Below the pieces are notes generated by a model that did not search any database, was not told where the DNA came from, and worked only from the letters and a program-made list of their open reading frames with translations. Positions 58,520 through 64,000 of a DNA stretch of 64,000 nucleotides are shown here, piece after piece. Source of the stretch: Eledone cirrhosa (lineage: Eukaryota); NCBI GenBank assembly GCA_964016885.1, contig OZ024741.1, positions 28,644,001-28,708,000 on the forward strand. The letters are read 5' to 3'. Made by a program: the position numbers and the translations under genes. The stretch's first letter is position 1, and the number at the start of each line of letters is the position of its first letter.

Positions 58520-60022
58520 TATCAACTTCATCATCATTATTATCATCATCATCATCATCAACATTATTATCATCATCATAATTGTTGTTGTTGTTGTTGT
58601 AGTGGCCGTCATAACCAGCAGCATCAGCAACAACAGCACCAGCCCCACCACCATGGATGCTGCCGACATCGTAATCCTCATTAACACCCCAAACATCATC
58701 ATGATCATCATTGTCATCGTCACTATCATCATCATCATCATCGACATTAATATTTAGAGAGAATTATTGGACTATTAGACGAGGATTAATTGTAAAATAT
58801 AAATTAAATAAGACTCAGGTAAGTGAATTAATACCAACAGATAAAGATTAACTGCGAATGTCATCATCATCATCACCATCATCACCACCACCACCACCAT
58901 CACCATCATCACCACCATCACCATCACCATCATCACCATCATCACCACCACCATCACCATCATCACCATCATCATGATCATCACCACCATCATCATCATC
59001 ATCATCCTCACCACCACCAACATCACCATCATCACCACCACCACCATCATCATTATCACCATCACCACCATCATCATTATCACCATCACCACTATCATCA
59101 TCATCATCATCATCATCCTCACCACCACCACCATCACCATCATCACCACCATCACCATCATCATTATCACCATCACCACCATCACCATCATCACCACCAC
59201 CACCATCATCATCACCACCACCACCGTCATCATTATCACCATCACCATCATCACCACCACCACCATCATCATCATCACCATCATCACCACCATCATCATC
59301 ATCACCATCACCACCATCATCACCATCATCACCATCATCACCATCATCATCCTCCATCTCATCACCATAGTCGACGTCCCCCGTCGTCATCACCGGATTG
59401 GCAGTACCGGTAGAGGGTCGGACGCCATGATTTCCAGCATAGAGTTACGGCCCTTTCCATTCTGAGTTCAATTCCGGCCGAGGTTAACTTTGCCTTTCAT
59501 CCTTACGGGGTCGATAAAATAAAGTACCAGTAATGTACTGGGCAATTGCTGGCCTTGTGCCTAAAGTAGAAACAATTATATCATTCTCGTCGTCGTCGTC
59601 TTCCTACTCTTCCTCTTCCTCCTCCTCATCGTCATCGTCGTCATCACCATCGCCATCACCGCCATCGCCATCGCCATCACATCATCATCATCACCATCGT
59701 CATCGCCATCACATCATCATCACCATCACATCATCATCGCCATCACATCATCATCATCATCATCATCATCGCCATCACATGATCATCATCATCATCATCA
59801 TCGCCATCACATCATCATCACCATCGCCATCACATCATCGCCATCACATCATCATCACCATCGCCATCACATCATCATCACCATCGCCATCACATCATCG
59901 CCATCACATCATCATCACCATCGCCATCACATCACCACCATCGCCATCACATCACCACCATCGCCATCACCATCACCATCATCATCACCATCATCATTAT
60001 CACCATCATCATCGTTATCATC
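58520..60022. repeat. (CAT)n/(CAC)n trinucleotide field
   Basis: Direct reading; interrupted by a SINE. Confidence 0.92.
59395..59580 (+). mobile_element. SINE
   Basis: GGATTGGCAGTACCGGTAGAGGGTCGGACGCC..AGTAGAAACAATTAT. Confidence 0.9.
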
Positions 60023-60216
60023 TTCCACTGGGTAGGTGTTGATTTATTAGATCAGAAAGAATTTCTATAAAATTTAAAGTTAAAGAAAAAGTATATAAAA
60101 ACATTTATTATGCAAATGAAATCAGAGCTGCTTATTTCCGTTTAATTAAATTAAAAAAATATAAGACTTAAGAAATTAAGACATTAAAAGAGTAATTAAA
60201 AATATCTTTTAAAGGT

Positions 60217-60655
60217 ATGTTGCCTAGTGTTAAACAGAGATATGGATGTTGCCTAGTGTTAAACAGAGATATGGATGTTGCCTAGTGTTAAACAGAGATA
60301 TGGATGTTGCCTAGTGTTAAACAGAGATATGGATGTTGCCTAGTGTTAAACAGAGATATGGATGTTGCCCAGTGTTAAACAGAGATATGGATGTTGCCCA
60401 GTGTTAAACAGAGATATGGATGTTGCCCAGTGTTAAACAGAGATATGGATGTTGCCCAGTGTTAAACAGAGATATGGATGTTGCCCAGTGTTAAACAGAG
60501 ATATGGATGTTGCCTAGTGTTAAACAGAGATATGGATGTTGCCCAGTGTTAAACAGAGATATGGATGTTGCCCAGTGTTAAACAGAGATATGGATGTTGC
60601 CCAGTGTTAAACAGAGATATGGATGTTGCCTAGTGTTAAACAGAGATATGGATGT
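60217..60655. repeat. 29-bp minisatellite, about 15 copies, ATGTTGCCYAGTGTTAAACAGAGATATGG
   Basis: Period 29 with one variable site. Confidence 0.97.
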
Positions 60656-60716
60656 AAAGCGAAAGTTTAAATCTAAATTTTAAGTGATTTTAGAATTAAA
60701 GACTATATGTTAAAAA

Positions 60717-60761
<45 letters not shown>

Positions 60762-60771
60762 TGTATGTATG

Positions 60772-60806
<35 letters not shown>

Positions 60807-61086
60807 TCAGAGCTGTATGGTAGCCTCCCAAAAGTCAGCTCAAAAGTGACACAGAGGAGATTGAGGTTAGCTGGACATGCTCACCGACATCCAGAGTTGA
60901 CATTGCACTCATTGCTCCTGTGGGTGCCCCAACATGGACGCACTGGAAGAGGAAGACCAAGGTTAACGTATGTTGATGCCCTAAGGACAGACACTAGTCT
61001 GTTGGAGACGCAAGACATGGCAGCGATAATGAGGAACAGAGACCGCTGGAGAGGACTCGTCCATGGATCTCAGGAATTTTACCCGT

Positions 61087-61088
<2 letters not shown>
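60807..61088 (+). pseudogene. RTE-like LINE 3' end in (TA)n
   Basis: ELYGSLPKVS..RRLRLAGHAHRH..LLLWVP.HG..GRGRPRLTYVD.L..MRNRDRWR. Confidence 0.85.
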
Positions 61089-61150
<62 letters not shown>

Positions 61151-61154
<4 letters not shown>

Positions 61155-61408
61155 GGAGGTGAGTTTTATTGTAGTACAATAAAGCAATGCCGATATCGGA
61201 TAAGAAGCACTCTACAGTTTGTAGGACTGGAGTATACATAATATATAAGATCAAAAGATGGTTAAAGGAGTTCCATGTATTTTATTATGCGCATTTCAAA
61301 AACAAACATCATCATGCAATAATATTTGTGTTTTCATCAGATAAAACAGGAGAACATGATATGAAGGCTAAAAAACACTTGTGGATAGTGCAGTTTTAAA
61401 TCAACATA
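61151..61408 (-). mobile_element. Solo copy of the 37674-38196 family with HHR at 61280-61346
   Basis: Same 3' terminus CTCACCTCCTACA abutting (TA)n; intact CUGAUGA..GAAA-UGCGCA-UA. Confidence 0.88.
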
Positions 61409-62632
<1,224 letters not shown>

Positions 62633-63630
62633 AATGAAAGGTATAGAAAGTATTGTAGCAAGAAGCCAACAGTATTCCATAATATATAAGTGACTATAGC
62701 GTCAAAATGGGAAAATAGTTAACGTAAGATGTGGGAAAAATAATTCAAACTCAATTCAAAAAGAATCAGGATATACATTTATCCAACAGAATTTAGTGAA
62801 AACCAGGGAAAAATCAGTAGACCCTTAACTCATGATAAAATAAAGTTTAAAATACTCATCCTTCAATTTGGAACAACTACTAATGCTCTGTATAGTCTTG
62901 AAATTCGATCGTCAGCAGAGCTCAACACGATAGCCAAAATCTCACTGATTAATATGCCAAAAAGGGAATTTAAAAGCAGGCTAGTTTAACATCATGCGTG
63001 ATTATGAAAATAAAACGCACATTTGGAAAAACAGGGCTGGTGACGTCAGAATGAGACGAATGTTTGTTTACATGAAACAACAGTCAAAAACATTCTGAAA
63101 AAAATTACTATTTTATATATTCATACATATATATATATAAAATAGTAGTATTACTATTATAATTATAATATTTACAGGAGTAGTTTAACTGAGTTACAGG
63201 TTGATTTAAAGCTCAATGCAGTGGGGACCACACAGAGCTGTTATAGAATAAGTTTAGAGACACCAAAGATTGAAAGCATTATTAAATTGATAAATGTTTC
63301 TGTCGGCCTAGAATTACAACCACTGAGTTATAATTTTATAATTTAATCCCTAGTTTGCAATTCAGCTGAAAATGTCCAGATTTGGTCGTCAGTCTACATG
63401 TGAAACCACATATCTGAGGAACTTTCAATTTCAGATTCAGAAACGAACATAATCGATCGTTCCTCGAGCTGATCGGCAGTAAAACATATATAATAAGTGC
63501 TTAAATATGTATATGATGCAACACTGATTCTTTCTTCCCTAATCTTTTGTGTTGTTGGTGGTGCGAGTACGGAGTTAATTATTATAAAATAACAGGGGGC
63601 TGGACTGGTGTAATTCCTTAAAGGTTTATT

Positions 63631-63688
63631 ATACTATGAACATTTCAATGACCGGGTCCAGTATGAATCCGGTGACATCATCAGGTAT
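63631..63688 (-). ncRNA. Type I hammerhead, partly eroded
   Basis: AUAC-CUGAUGA-UGUC ACCGG..CCGGU CAUU-GAAA-UGUUCA-UA-GUAU. Confidence 0.62.
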
Positions 63689-63787
63689 TCGAAATTTAAC
63701 AAAGGAATATAATCCATGGGGCTGAAAAGGCAGAGTGACAAAAAGGCGGCCACAAATTTAACAGTTTCTAGTTCGGTCTGCTGCCTT

Positions 63788-63837
<50 letters not shown>

Positions 63838-64000
63838 AATAAAATAACAAGGACGATTGGTTACTCCTTCGTTACGTTTATTGATTATTTCACTATAATA
63901 CACTCTGTCTAGCTCTACACCTCGACACTGAAGTGAACCTAAACATCGAGTACTCACCCGGGTGAACCTACAGTAACCCCAACTTACACTCCCTGGATAT

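Noticed and set aside
58775-60042. Asp/Gly-, Met/Val- and His-rich ORFs
   Set aside because: Trinucleotide repeat open in several frames and interrupted by a SINE; no exon evidence.

Overview
Gene-free, repeat-saturated, AT-rich animal DNA. The repeat repertoire suggests a cephalopod such as Octopus (inference). No host protein-coding gene is supportable: nearly all long ORFs in the track are artefacts of (TA)n/(TATG)n/(CAT)n microsatellites or of a 38-bp satellite. Real content: about 90 copies of a 38-bp satellite derived from the head of the local tRNA-type SINE; about 8 SINE copies or fragments; LINE fragments of the RTE, CR1, L1/Tx1 and R4/Dong clades; three copies of a bipartite non-autonomous RTE derivative; Penelope-like element (PLE) RT and GIY-YIG fragments; a probable LTR; a MITE; an interstitial (TTAGGG)-like tract; about 14 kb of (TA)nTG array; and a 200-N gap. 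The main signal found by eye is about 16 recognisable type I hammerhead ribozyme (HHR) motifs plus several decayed ones, from roughly a dozen sequence families. Most are minimal, with palindromic stem-III loops (GCGC, CCGG, CUAG, GUAC, GAUC). They sit in short non-coding islands embedded in (TA)n that are built as fold-back palindromes or as about 1.2 direct copies of 317-482 nt monomers with an inverted 5' segment. This fits a non-autonomous retrozyme-like/PLE-pLTR system mobilised by PLE reverse transcriptases. All calls are manual; no searches or folding programs were run.
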